A stretch of DNA of 62,453 nt from an uncultured Oscillospiraceae bacterium (lineage in GTDB: Bacteria > Bacillota > Clostridia > Oscillospirales > Oscillospiraceae), in NCBI GenBank assembly GCA_944387775.1, contig CALXGE010000001.1, positions 1-62,453 of the forward strand, read 5' to 3'. Within the stretch, counting starts at the first letter, position 1. Each line of letters opens with the position of its first letter. Of this stretch, positions 38,459-48,319 are shown piece after piece. The notes below the pieces were generated by a model, which was not told the origin of the DNA, did no database searches, and was given only the letters and a program-made list of their open reading frames with translations. A program made the translations under genes and the position numbers.

Positions 38459-40549
38459 ATGGATTTTACCCAGTTTAGAACAAAGTTTTCCCTTTGCCTG
38501 GACGAACAGCAGGAGACAGCGGTACAGGCGGTGGACGGGCCTGTGCTGCTGTTGGCAGTTCCCGGCAGCGGTAAGACTACCGTGCTGGTCACCCGATTGG
38601 GCTATATGCGCTATGTGCGGAATATTCCTTCAGATCAGATCCTGACTATGACCTATACTGTGGCGGCAGCTCGGGATATGAGACAGCGGTTTGCGGCTCT
38701 TTTTGGAGAGGGAGAGGCGGATCGGCTGGAGTTTCGCACGATCAACGGCGTGTGCAGCAGGATCATCCGCTACTATGAGCAGACTATGGGGCGCACGGCC
38801 TTTCGTCTTCTGGAGGATGGCAGCGAAAAAAGTGCCCTTGTCAGCGATATTTATCGGATGCTGACCAATGAGTATGCCGCAGAAAGTACGGTTAAAAATC
38901 TTCAGACAGCGCTTACCTATGCCAAAAATCAAATGCTTGCCGGAGAGGAACTGGAGAAAATAGAGGCGGAGGGAGTCAGCTTCCCGGCCTTTTATCAGGC
39001 GTACTCCCGTGCCCTGCGCGAGCGCCAGCTGATGGACTATGATGACCAGATGGTGTATGCCCTTGAGATCCTTCGCCGGTACGCTCCGATCCTGGAAGCG
39101 TTTCAGATGAGGTACCAATATTTCTGTGTGGACGAGGCCCAGGATACCTCCAGGATCCAGCACGTTATTATCCGCCTTTTGGCGGGGCGCAGCCGGAATC
39201 TCTTTATGGTGGGCGATGAGGATCAGAGTATCTATGGCTTTCGCGCCGCCTGTCCCCAGGCGCTTACGCAGTTTGACGCAGTGTACCCCGATGCCCGTGT
39301 ACTTTATATGGAGCGCAATTACCGTTCCACCCGACCAATTGTAGAGGCAGCGGGCCGTTTTATCCAGAAAAACCGGAACCGTCATCCCAAGACGATGAAG
39401 GCAAATCGGCCGGATGGTTTGCCAATCCGGGAGACCTCGCTGTATGACCGCTACAAGCAGTATGAGTACCTTTGCCGGATGGCGGATGGCTGTCAGGTGG
39501 AAACGGCGGTGCTCTACCGGGACAACGACAGCGCACTGCCCCTGCTGGATCTGCTGGACCGGAAGGGCATCCCTTACCGCTGCCGTCAGGTAGAGAGTAT
39601 GTTTTTCACCAACCGTGTGGTACGGGATTTGACAGACATCATCTGCTTTGCCCGGGACCCCGGCAACGGTGAGCTGTTTATGAATATTTACTATAAGCTC
39701 GGCGCGGGTATCAGCCGCAGTCTCGCCCAGGAGGCGACTTGGGCAGGCAGAGAAGGGGAGACGATTCTGAACTATCTTGCGGAGCTTCCTGCCGCCTCAC
39801 CCTGGACAAAAAAGCAATGCCGGGCTTTGCAGACCCACTTGACGAACCTTCTTGCAGAGCGGGCAGACAAGGCCATTTACCGTATCGTCCATTTCATGGG
39901 CTATGGTGCCTATCTGGAGGAGCGGGGCGGCGATCTGAGCAAAGCGGATATTCTGGAGGCGCTGGGGGCGCAGGAGCCTACGCCTGAAAGACTTCTGGAG
40001 CGGTTGGAAGAGCTGCGGGAGGTAGTGCTGGCAGGTTCACGGGACCCAGACAGCAGATTTATCCTTTCCACCATTCATTCCAGCAAAGGCCTGGAGTATC
40101 AACGGGTAGTTCTCATGGATGTTGCTGACGGCTTGCTGCCCAAGGTTCTGCCTGAGAAAGAGGCGGCGGATGAGGAGCGGGAGGCCTATGAGGAGGAGCG
40201 GCGGCTGTTCTATGTAGGCATGACCCGCGCGAAAGATGAACTGGAGATCGTAACGTTTCGCAAAGCAGGACTCAGCTCCTCGTTTTCCCAGGAAGTATTT
40301 CCACCCAAACGGAAGCCGGTCACTACAGCTCCCCGGCCTGTGCTAGAGGTAAAAAAGCGGGACAACGGGCAGGCGGCTGCCCTGTCGGGGGCCTGCCTTC
40401 CCGGTGTACGGCTGGTACATAAGGCCTTTGGGCCGGGGCAACTGGAGAGCCGGAACGGAGATGTTGCTGTGATCGCCTTTGACAGCGGGGAGACCAGGAA
40501 GATCGCTCTTTCCGTAGCTCTGCGGGCAAGGCAACTCCGTCTTGAATGA
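38459..40549 (+). CDS. UvrD/Rep/PcrA-family ATP-dependent DNA helicase
   Basis: It has Walker A AVPGSGKTTVLV, motif II FCVDEAQDTS, NYRST and a C-terminal STIHSSKGLEY. Confidence 0.85.
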   Translation: MDFTQFRTKFSLCLDEQQETAVQAVDGPVLLLAVPGSGKTTVLVTRLGYMRYVRNIPSDQILTMTYTVAAARDMRQRFAALFGEGEADRLEFRTINGVCSRIIRYYEQTMGRTAFRLLEDGSEKSALVSDIYRMLTNEYAAESTVKNLQTALTYAKNQMLAGEELEKIEAEGVSFPAFYQAYSRALRERQLMDYDDQMVYALEILRRYAPILEAFQMRYQYFCVDEAQDTSRIQHVIIRLLAGRSRNLFMVGDEDQSIYGFRAACPQALTQFDAVYPDARVLYMERNYRSTRPIVEAAGRFIQKNRNRHPKTMKANRPDGLPIRETSLYDRYKQYEYLCRMADGCQVETAVLYRDNDSALPLLDLLDRKGIPYRCRQVESMFFTNRVVRDLTDIICFARDPGNGELFMNIYYKLGAGISRSLAQEATWAGREGETILNYLAELPAASPWTKKQCRALQTHLTNLLAERADKAIYRIVHFMGYGAYLEERGGDLSKADILEALGAQEPTPERLLERLEELREVVLAGSRDPDSRFILSTIHSSKGLEYQRVVLMDVADGLLPKVLPEKEAADEEREAYEEERRLFYVGMTRAKDELEIVTFRKAGLSSSFSQEVFPPKRKPVTTAPRPVLEVKKRDNGQAAALSGACLPGVRLVHKAFGPGQLESRNGDVAVIAFDSGETRKIALSVALRARQLRLE

Positions 40550-40604
40550 GGAATCTTTTATACCTGCCATTCAGGAACGTCATATAACAGAAAGAGGTGC
40601 CGGT

Positions 40605-41858
40605 ATGCCGGAGATTGTACCAATGCAGAGCCTGTATAGCTCAATGCAGGATGAAAAAAAGATTTGCAGTTTCGATATTGAGGTGATTTCAGAGCCCACG
40701 ACGCCTCTGATTCACCCTATGTCCCGCTTCTGGATGGTAGACAGCGGGGAAGGGGAGCTGATGCTGAACAACCGTCGCTATCCTCTGCGACCTGGTACAT
40801 TGGTATCTGTGCTGCCGTGGCAGATCACCGATATCATAGAAGTGAAATCACCCCTCCGTCTGCTGATCCTGGTGTATTACTTTGATAACGTCCATGAGAT
40901 CATAAAGACCTTCTATAATCCAGGCAATGAGCCCCTTTCCGTCATGCAGGCCATGGCCCGTCAGCCCGTGATATGGCTGTCGGAGGGGGATACTGCATCT
41001 GTATCCGCCCTTTTTCTTCAGATCCGGGATGAATTTGGTATGGATTCTTCACCGTCACCCCAGGATAAAGAGTCGGCAGCGGGAGGCTTGGAAAACCTGT
41101 ACGTTACGAACAAACTTATTGAAATTGTTATCCGCTTCCTTAGGGCACAGAATGATGCGGAGGAGCAGCATACGGAGAGCCCGTCGGATCCCAGCCAGAT
41201 ATTTCTGTATCTGTACAGCCATCTGCATCAGAAGATCACGCTGTCCCAGCTGTCAAAGATCTTTTTTATGAGCGAATCTGCCATCAGTGCGTATATCACC
41301 CGTACCACAGGGCTGTCTTTCTTTGATCTGCTCAACGAGATGCGCATCGGAAAGACGATCAACTACTTGCTCTATACGGACTTCACGCTGGAGGAATTGG
41401 CAGAAATCCTGGGATTTGTGGACAGCGCCCATATCAGCAAGGTATTTCTGGCCAGGATCGGCATGAACGCAAATGCTTTCCGCAATACCTATCAAAAGGT
41501 GGGCAATATCTGTCATATCAGGGACAGAAGGGAGTTTTACGCCCTTGTCTCCTACATATACCGGCACTACAGCGAGGATCTCCATCCCCGGGCGGTCGGT
41601 GAAAAATTCCATATGTCCCCCAGGGAGCTCAACCGCATCCTCCTCTATCAGGTGGAGATGGGCTTTGCGGAGTTTCTTAGCTATGTCCGGGTGAACCGGG
41701 CGTCGGAACTGCTGCTGGAGACAGATAAAACCATCCTGGAGATCGCCCTGGAGGTAGGCTTTCATTCGGAAAAGACGCTCAGCCGTCATTTCCTGCATTT
41801 TAGGGCAATGACGCCCGGAAAATTTCGCCAGACGGTGGAGCTTCAAAAGCCGCAGTAA
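40605..41858 (+). CDS. AraC-family regulator with two tandem AraC-type DNA-binding domains
   Basis: A cupin-like N-terminus is followed by two complete AraC HTH units: ...LSQLSKIFFMSESAISAYI...GFVDSAHISKVFLARIGMNANAFR and ...VGEKFHMSPRELNRIL...VGFHSEKTLSRHFLHFRAMTPGKFR. Confidence 0.8.
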   Translation: MPEIVPMQSLYSSMQDEKKICSFDIEVISEPTTPLIHPMSRFWMVDSGEGELMLNNRRYPLRPGTLVSVLPWQITDIIEVKSPLRLLILVYYFDNVHEIIKTFYNPGNEPLSVMQAMARQPVIWLSEGDTASVSALFLQIRDEFGMDSSPSPQDKESAAGGLENLYVTNKLIEIVIRFLRAQNDAEEQHTESPSDPSQIFLYLYSHLHQKITLSQLSKIFFMSESAISAYITRTTGLSFFDLLNEMRIGKTINYLLYTDFTLEELAEILGFVDSAHISKVFLARIGMNANAFRNTYQKVGNICHIRDRREFYALVSYIYRHYSEDLHPRAVGEKFHMSPRELNRILLYQVEMGFAEFLSYVRVNRASELLLETDKTILEIALEVGFHSEKTLSRHFLHFRAMTPGKFRQTVELQKPQ

Positions 41859-41880
41859 GACAGCGCCCAAAAGAAAAAGA

Positions 41881-41927
41881 ATCCGTGGAGAATGGCCGGA
41901 GACAGTCCGGCGCTCTCCACGGATTTT
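41881..41927. terminator. Bidirectional terminator
   Basis: ATCCGTGGAGA...TCTCCACGGAT with a flanking A-run and T-run, between convergent genes. Confidence 0.6.
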
Positions 41928-41949
41928 TAATGAGAAAGGAGCTGGTTGC

Positions 41950-43050
41950 TTATTTCATAACACCCAAGCCCTTGGCCACAATGGTGATAAAGTCCTGAAC
42001 ATTGGTCACAACAGTGGTGGCAGAGAGGCTTCCGCGGTCCAGCAGCTTGTTGACCACAAATTCGTCTGCATCTACTGTGTACAGGAAAACCGGGCGGATG
42101 GTGCCGTCCTCCAGGACCCGGAAGGAGGGGGTCATATTCCCAGTGGCGATGGTATGCAGCATGGTGGCAAGGCAGATGACGGTAGTGGCCTTTTTGACCA
42201 CCTGGCGCATGGCGGCCTGTCCCTCGTAGGCGTCTCCGATGACCTCCGGCAGAGGACCGTCATCCCGGATAGACCCGGTGAGTACAAATGGGATGTTGTG
42301 CTTGACCACGCTGTACATGATCCCGTTGTCAATGTGGTAATCCTGGATAAACTGAGAAATGGAACCGCTTCTCCGGACTTTGTTGATGACGTCCAGGTGG
42401 TTGTAGTGGCCGTTGGGCTGGGATACCTGGGTGTAGATATCCTGTCCCAGGGCGGTGTGCAGCAAGGCACCCTCCAGGTCATGGGTGGCCAGGGCGTTGC
42501 CTGCCAGCAGACCATGGGCGTAACCGTTTTCCACCAGCGCCTGCATGGCGGCTCTCGCGTCTGCGTCAAAGGCAAAGGCCGGTCCCATCACCCACACAAT
42601 GTTCCCATGCTCCTTTTCGTACCGCAGCAGTTCGAAGAGACGGTCGTAATCTCTGGCATAGGATGTCTCTCGGCTTCTGCCCTGGCGGAAGACGAACTGG
42701 TCGTCCATGTGCTCGCCGGGGACCTGGAAACCGGTGCAGTGCATATAGATTCCCTCTTCGCAGCGCTCTGTGCGTCCCAGGATTACCTTGTCGCCCTTGC
42801 GGATATTGCGGTTTTCTACCACAGCCAGGTGGCCGTCGTCGCAGATTATCACGCTGGAATCCATGCGGCTCTCCTCCGCCAGGACCCACTTCCCGTCGAT
42901 CTTGAAATATTCGGGGTACATGGAGGTGCTGTGGTAGTTGTCCGGCGCCACGCCGTCCTTCTCCGCTACGGCATATGTGACGTTGGGCGCGTCTACAAAC
43001 TGTGCCTTAGTAAAGTCTGGCGCGTAATAGATTGGCATATCAAACGGCAT
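41950..43050 (-). CDS. Putative LOR/SDH-type (TIGR00300-like) ornithine cyclodeaminase
   Basis: 366 aa. The blocks LLAGNALATHDLE, GIMYSVVKHNIPFVLTGSIRDDGPLPEVI and MLHTIATGNM match my recollection of the TIGR00300 / ArgZ C-terminal family. It is the last gene of the arcA-arcB operon. The assignment rests on memory only. Confidence 0.45.
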   Translation of the reverse strand: MPFDMPIYYAPDFTKAQFVDAPNVTYAVAEKDGVAPDNYHSTSMYPEYFKIDGKWVLAEESRMDSSVIICDDGHLAVVENRNIRKGDKVILGRTERCEEGIYMHCTGFQVPGEHMDDQFVFRQGRSRETSYARDYDRLFELLRYEKEHGNIVWVMGPAFAFDADARAAMQALVENGYAHGLLAGNALATHDLEGALLHTALGQDIYTQVSQPNGHYNHLDVINKVRRSGSISQFIQDYHIDNGIMYSVVKHNIPFVLTGSIRDDGPLPEVIGDAYEGQAAMRQVVKKATTVICLATMLHTIATGNMTPSFRVLEDGTIRPVFLYTVDADEFVVNKLLDRGSLSATTVVTNVQDFITIVAKGLGVMK

Positions 43051-43098
43051 GTGGAATTTCCTCCTGTGTTCTGATAATGGGGCTTTATGCTGCGGACC

Positions 43099-44091
43099 TC
43101 AGCAGAGGGTGGCGTAGATGACGGCCTTGATGGTGTGCATGCGGTTCTCAGCCTCGTCAAAGACCACGGACTGGCGGGATTCGAAGACCTCGTTGGTGAC
43201 CTCCATCTCAGGAATGCCGAACTTCTCTGCGATCTGGGCGCCGATGGTGGTTTTGGTGTCGTGGAAGGAGGGGAGGCAGTGCATGAAGAGGGCCTCCGGC
43301 TTGGCCTGGCCCATCACATCGGTGTTTACCTGGTACTTGCGCAGCAGGCGGATCCGGGAGTCCCATACCTCGTCGGGCTCGCCCATGGACACCCAGATGT
43401 CGGTGTAGATCACGTCTGCATTTTTGGCGCCCTCCGCCACATCCTCCGTCAGGCGGACGGTGGAGCCGTTTTCCGCGGCGATCTTCTTGGCCTTCTCCAC
43501 CAGCCAGGGAGCGGGGAAGAGCTCCTTGGGAGCGCAGGCAGTGAAGTTGATGCCCATCTTGGCGCAGGCTACCATCAGGGAGTTGCCCATATTGTTGCGG
43601 GCATCGCCCATGAAGGTGAAATTAAGGCCCTTGAGATGGCCAAACTTCTCCTCCATGGTCAGAAGGTCTGCCAGCATCTGGGTGGGATGGAACTGATCCG
43701 TCAGGCCGTTCCACACGGGTACGCCAGCGTACTTGGCCAACTCCTCCACGATCTGCTGGTCAAAGCCCCGGTACTCGATGCCGTCGTACATCCGGCCCAG
43801 GACCCGGGCGGTGTCGGGGATGCTCTCCTTTTTGCCCATCTGGCTGCTGCCGGGGTCCAGATAGGTGACCCCCAGGCCCAGGTCCATGCCGGCCACCTCG
43901 AAGGAGCAGCGGGTCCGGGTGGAGGTTTTCTCAAAGAGCAGAACGATGTTCTTTCCCTCCAGATAGCGGTGAGGGATACCGTTACGCTTCATATTTTTGA
44001 ACTGCTTGGAGAGGTCCAGCAGATACCGGATCTCCTCCGGTGTGTAGTCCAACAGCTTCAGAAAATGTCTTCCACGAATGTTGACACCCAT
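43099..44091 (-). CDS. arcB: Ornithine carbamoyltransferase, copy 2 (catabolic context)
   Basis: 330 aa, differing from copy 1 at 3 residues. An aaaggag RBS precedes it, and it starts 52 nt downstream of arcA. Confidence 0.92.
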   Translation of the reverse strand: MGVNIRGRHFLKLLDYTPEEIRYLLDLSKQFKNMKRNGIPHRYLEGKNIVLLFEKTSTRTRCSFEVAGMDLGLGVTYLDPGSSQMGKKESIPDTARVLGRMYDGIEYRGFDQQIVEELAKYAGVPVWNGLTDQFHPTQMLADLLTMEEKFGHLKGLNFTFMGDARNNMGNSLMVACAKMGINFTACAPKELFPAPWLVEKAKKIAAENGSTVRLTEDVAEGAKNADVIYTDIWVSMGEPDEVWDSRIRLLRKYQVNTDVMGQAKPEALFMHCLPSFHDTKTTIGAQIAEKFGIPEMEVTNEVFESRQSVVFDEAENRMHTIKAVIYATLC

Positions 44092-44142
44092 ATTTTTCTC
44101 CTTTTCTAATTCTATTTTCGCAGATGATATGATGATAACATT

Positions 44143-45375
44143 TTACCAAGAAATGGTCTCGCGCACCAGAGGCATGCTCATACATCTGGGGCCGCCTCTG
44201 CCCCGGGAGAGCTCAGAACTGGGCATTTCCAGGACCTGGACACCGCTATCCTCCAAGAGCCGGTTGGTAATATAATTTCGGTCGTAGACGACCACCTTTC
44301 CCGGCTCGATGCACAGTGTATTGGAGCCATCGTTCCATTGCTCCCGCTCTGCAGCGATCCGATCTTTGCCGCCGCAATGGATCATGGTTACGTGATCCGT
44401 TCCCAGGGAGGACGCCAGAACATCCGGGAGAGGAGAGGAAAGCTGTGCCACACGCAGCTCCGTATTGTCTCTGCCGCCGGGCCGGATGCTGTAGATGCGG
44501 AGGCTTCCCAGAATTCCGGGATGGATGACAAATTTATCGCGATCTACCTGAGTAAACACAGTGTCCAAATGCATATAGGCGCGGATGCTGGGGATGTCTA
44601 AGGCCAGGACCGTATCGATCTCACAGGAAGGATCACGGAACATATTCTGGGCCAGGATTTCAATGGCTTCCGGCGTGGTTCGCTGGGAGATTCCTACTGC
44701 CAACACATGGGAGCTGAGATTGAGAATATCGCCTCCCTCCACAGAGAAGGGGAGGTCACGATTGTAATAAAACACCGTTCCGGAAAGATCGGGATGATAC
44801 TCCAGAATATACTGCCCAAAGATTGTTTCTCGACGTCTGGTTTTGGAATACATCCTATTCAGGCTGACCCCTCTGCCGATAGAAGCGAATGGATCTCTGG
44901 TAAAGTAGAGGTTGGGGATGGGGTCGAGGATGAAGTGGCCACCGGTGCGGACGAGGTTTGTCAAGGGGCTGCTGATAGCAGAGCGCAGCTCCTGCATCTG
45001 TACACCGGACATGAGCTTCAAAACCAGTTCTTTCTCGTCCCGGATCTCTGTGAGCAGCTCATACAGCTGCTGACTGTACTGATTGGCTGTGCTGCCGCCT
45101 TCCCGGATGAACTGACGAAGGAAGTCCTCTTTTATCTGTGGAGACAGTTTAAATACTTCCGCTGTCAGATCCTCCAGATATTTGACTTCCACGCCGTTTT
45201 CCGTCAGGATCCGGGCAAAAAAGTCATGCTCTCTCCGTGCGGTTTCCAGATAGGGAATGTCGTCGAACAGCAGTCGTTCCAGTTCCTCCGGTACCAGGTG
45301 CTCAAGCTCAATGCCGGGTTTATGCAGCATGACGGTTTTCAGTTTTCCGATCTCACTGGTCACATGGATGGGCAT
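44143..45375 (-). CDS. arcA: Arginine deiminase
   Basis: 410 aa with an N-terminal IHVTSEIGKLKTVMLHKPG and a C-terminal GRGGPRCMSMP (catalytic Cys), both typical of ADI. Confidence 0.92.
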   Translation of the reverse strand: MPIHVTSEIGKLKTVMLHKPGIELEHLVPEELERLLFDDIPYLETARREHDFFARILTENGVEVKYLEDLTAEVFKLSPQIKEDFLRQFIREGGSTANQYSQQLYELLTEIRDEKELVLKLMSGVQMQELRSAISSPLTNLVRTGGHFILDPIPNLYFTRDPFASIGRGVSLNRMYSKTRRRETIFGQYILEYHPDLSGTVFYYNRDLPFSVEGGDILNLSSHVLAVGISQRTTPEAIEILAQNMFRDPSCEIDTVLALDIPSIRAYMHLDTVFTQVDRDKFVIHPGILGSLRIYSIRPGGRDNTELRVAQLSSPLPDVLASSLGTDHVTMIHCGGKDRIAAEREQWNDGSNTLCIEPGKVVVYDRNYITNRLLEDSGVQVLEMPSSELSRGRGGPRCMSMPLVRETISW

Positions 45376-45701
45376 GGTGTTCTCCTTTACTGATTCTATA
45401 TAAGTAATGATACAGCATTTTTCATCGGAATGTCGGCCAGACTCCGGCGGAAAAATGGTATTTTAACACTACTTTTTTATAAAACATAGGTGGAAAACGC
45501 CCGCAAAACAGAAATGGTTTTGCAAAATTCCACAAGGATATGATGGTTTAAATACAAAAGAAATATGTGTTTCTGTCTGCTATGCCCTCGCCGATGTTGA
45601 CCAGTAATTTTTTGATACCAAGAGGTTAGTGAAGAGCTGAGAAAGGGGAGAGTAAGGCAAAAGCCAGAAAAGAAACGAAGGATGATTGTTTGAAAATATA
45701 G

Positions 45702-45938
45702 CTAACACTCTGTAAACTCGTATTTCACGGGTTGGATGCCACTGGTAAAGCAGATGCTCACAGTACCGTCCTGTGTGTGGTGGACCTCCAGCTCCGCATC
45801 CTGAGACAGTCCAGGTTCATGCCGGCGGACATAGTCCACAGGATCATCTGTCTCCACGTTTTGAAAATCATAAAGTTTGGCAGGCTTTCCGCCGCAGGGG
45901 GGTTGTCGGCGCTCAATTATCAACTCATAGCTTTTCAT
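45702..45938 (-). CDS. Small hypothetical protein (78 aa)
   Basis: Its ATG lies 2 nt after the stop of the upstream flavodoxin/ferredoxin gene, which suggests translational coupling. No family was recognised. Confidence 0.45.
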   Translation of the reverse strand: MKSYELIIERRQPPCGGKPAKLYDFQNVETDDPVDYVRRHEPGLSQDAELEVHHTQDGTVSICFTSGIQPVKYEFTEC

Positions 45939-45940
45939 GA

Positions 45941-46696
45941 TTAGTACAGTTCACACGTTTTCCTTTCCGTACAGACCTTTTCCAGCATGGCGGAGATACC
46001 TGCCAGTCTGGCCGCGTCCAAGAATTTGGCATGCTGGGGGCAGATCGCAACGCAGCGCATACACGAAATGCACTCCGTCGGATCCACCGTCTTCGCATCG
46101 TTCTTATCAATGGCTCCGGCAGGACACTGTTTTGCGCACAAGCCGCACTGGGTACATGCGTCTCCCGTCTGAGGAGTCATTCCGCTTCCACCTGCTTTTT
46201 TGTATGGCCGGTTGCCGGGAATTGTACCGGCTTCCGTGCCGGACTCCAGTCGATCCAGAATGGTCTGTCCGTAGCTTGCCAGGATGGCCTGATCCTCTGC
46301 ATCCGGCCGCCCTGCGGCAAACCGGCGTACAATAGAGTGTTCTGCTATGGCAGCCACGGCAGCTGTTATCCTGAACCCGGCGGCTTTTGCCGCATCTTCC
46401 AGTTCTACCAGTGTATCCTCATAGGCGCGGTTTCCATAGATGCAGACTAAAACAGCGTTTGCGCCGTTTCCGCGCACTTTTTGGATGCGTTCTGCCGCAA
46501 GATGAGGGACTCTACCTCCATAGGACGGCACGGCAATGACTACCAAGTCTTCCGCCTGGAATGCAAACTGCGAAAAATCGATCGCAGCATTGGTCAGGTC
46601 TACGGTATGAATCTTCTGCCCCCACTTGGATGTCAGGGATTCCACAGCTTTTTCCGTGCCGCCTGTGGGACTGAAAATCATTGTTGTATAGTTCAT
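45941..46696 (-). CDS. Flavodoxin-like protein fused to a 2x[4Fe-4S] ferredoxin domain (EFR1-like)
   Basis: The N-terminus MIFSPTGGTEK is flavodoxin-like. The C-terminus has CTQCGLCAKQCP and CISCMRCVAICP clusters. The start is at MNYTT, after aaaggag. Confidence 0.75.
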   Translation of the reverse strand: MNYTTMIFSPTGGTEKAVESLTSKWGQKIHTVDLTNAAIDFSQFAFQAEDLVVIAVPSYGGRVPHLAAERIQKVRGNGANAVLVCIYGNRAYEDTLVELEDAAKAAGFRITAAVAAIAEHSIVRRFAAGRPDAEDQAILASYGQTILDRLESGTEAGTIPGNRPYKKAGGSGMTPQTGDACTQCGLCAKQCPAGAIDKNDAKTVDPTECISCMRCVAICPQHAKFLDAARLAGISAMLEKVCTERKTCELY

Positions 46697-46964
46697 AGGA
46701 AACTCCTTTCTGACTGATCCTTGCAAAGAATCAATATCTAACGTTTTTATTCCCCGGAGCTCACCCAAAAGTGTGCTGTATCCCGAAAATACATGTGCCC
46801 CATCTGCTTCAGGTTGCTGTGTAGTGTGTCATCAGTGTGGAGCAGCAGCGTGATGCAATTATAATAATTGCAGGCTTTTGCCAAAAAATCAAGACAGTTG
46901 CGCAGCGATTCCCTGGGCAATATCTTTCCGCCCATATGCCACAAGAGCTTGGCCCTGAATGATT

Positions 46965-47007
46965 AAACAGCGGTTCCTGCAGATTTTGTCTGCAGGAACC
47001 GCTGTTA
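46965..47007 (-). terminator. Hairpin downstream of the histidine kinase gene
   Basis: An 18-bp perfect stem AAACAGCGGTTCCTGCAG/CTGCAGGAACCGCTGTT. Confidence 0.5.
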
Positions 47008-47060
47008 TTGGTTAGCCAATCCGTAAGCAGAAACAATGGCTGCATGGGTGAGGTGTCGTC

Positions 47061-48074
47061 TTACAGCACAAGTCTAAACCGAAACCAACCATCGGTCATA
47101 TCAAACTCGCAGACAGCTCCGTTTTTCCGGCAAAAAGCAGAAATGGATTGAGTTCCCAGGCCGTGTCCCTCTCTTGAGGCCACCGGCAGGCCGCTGCTAT
47201 CTAAGGAGATATTGCCAGTATATGGGTTTGAAATTTCCAACATGACGCTGGGGGATCCTACCACCTTGCAGCGGATCTCCCTTTGATCCAGAGGCAGTGC
47301 CAGATTGGCGTGAATGCTGTTTTCCAGTGCATTTGCAAGGACAATAGCCAATTCTCCCTCATTCACTGGGAGATCAGCAGGCAGAGAAATCTTTGCCTCC
47401 ACGCGGATACCTTGGTTTTTGGCCTGGTCAAAGTAGGAGGAAAACACTGCATCCAGCACAGGCGGACGGCACCAGCGGATTTCCTTTTGCTCATCTAGTC
47501 GTTTCTGAGCGGCATCCAGGAATTCCATCGCGGCCTCCCTGTCTCCGCGTGACACCAATTCCGCGACAGTTTGGAGCCGGTGTCGCAGGTCATGGCGCTC
47601 CGTGCGGATGGCGTCCTCCCCTGCTTTCACCGCCTCCATACGGCTTCGCAGTGCCGACAGCTGTAATACGGACAGTTGCGCGCTGTGCCGGGCTTCCGCC
47701 TCCTTTCGGACGCTGAAAAAGAGAAACATCAAAACGGAATAAAATCCCACCATCAGCAGAGAAATGGCAGGTTTCATGATGGTGCTGCTCCGCGAAAATC
47801 CTACAGCGCCGGGAATCAGATATATGACGATGACATAATATATCGCCATTACCAGGCATATGAGCCACCAGCCACGGCGTAATTCCAGCAACGTCTGGAG
47901 AAACAACGGCCGAAGAAAGCAGACCAGGAACCAGATAACCCCGGTGCTAAGAACAATATAGGACAATATCAGTACCCAGAAACGGCCGCCCGACAGGTAG
48001 TAGAGCATTCCGGCTCCGTGCTGAATCAGTGCGCAGAACAGGATTGCAGAGAGCAGCTGGAACACCAGCGCCAC
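47061..48074 (-). CDS. AgrC/LytS-like (HPK10) sensor histidine kinase, main reading frame
   Basis: TM segments are followed by ...TERHDLRHRLQ... (the H-box) and a GHKL ATPase end (...GHGLGTQSI...). It is adjacent to a LytTR regulator. Confidence 0.75.
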   Translation of the reverse strand: MALVFQLLSAILFCALIQHGAGMLYYLSGGRFWVLILSYIVLSTGVIWFLVCFLRPLFLQTLLELRRGWWLICLVMAIYYVIVIYLIPGAVGFSRSSTIMKPAISLLMVGFYSVLMFLFFSVRKEAEARHSAQLSVLQLSALRSRMEAVKAGEDAIRTERHDLRHRLQTVAELVSRGDREAAMEFLDAAQKRLDEQKEIRWCRPPVLDAVFSSYFDQAKNQGIRVEAKISLPADLPVNEGELAIVLANALENSIHANLALPLDQREIRCKVVGSPSVMLEISNPYTGNISLDSSGLPVASREGHGLGTQSISAFCRKNGAVCEFDMTDGWFRFRLVL

Positions 48075-48319
48075 CCTCTGAAACGGCTGAGTATGAGAAG
48101 TATCAGCAGAGACGGAATATGGGCGATTAGGGAATAGAGCTGAAGTGTGGTATCCGGGCCGATTACCCGGTATAGGACGGCAACTGCAGCCATGACCAAC
48201 ACCATCGTGCTGCAGACCATAAAAATGGTGTACCGGCGGGAATACCGGCTGTCTAGGAACAATAACAAAATCGTCATGCCCAGTGCCGTCAAGTACTCCA
48301 TGGCAAACAGTTCTACCAT
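48026..48319 (-). pseudogene. N-terminal membrane segment of the same kinase in a different frame (apparent 1-nt frameshift)
   Basis: MVELFAMEYLTALGMTILLLF... is preceded by ggagaagga and overlaps the regulator stop. This frame ends at 48026, while the kinase frame opens at 48074. The span 47061..48319 is 1259 nt, which is not a multiple of 3. Confidence 0.5.

Noticed and set aside
46747-47045. Two small minus-strand ORFs (65 and 78 aa) between the kinase and the flavodoxin-ferredoxin gene.
   Set aside because: They overlap the 18-bp terminator hairpin and the promoter region, lack an RBS and have no recognisable motifs.
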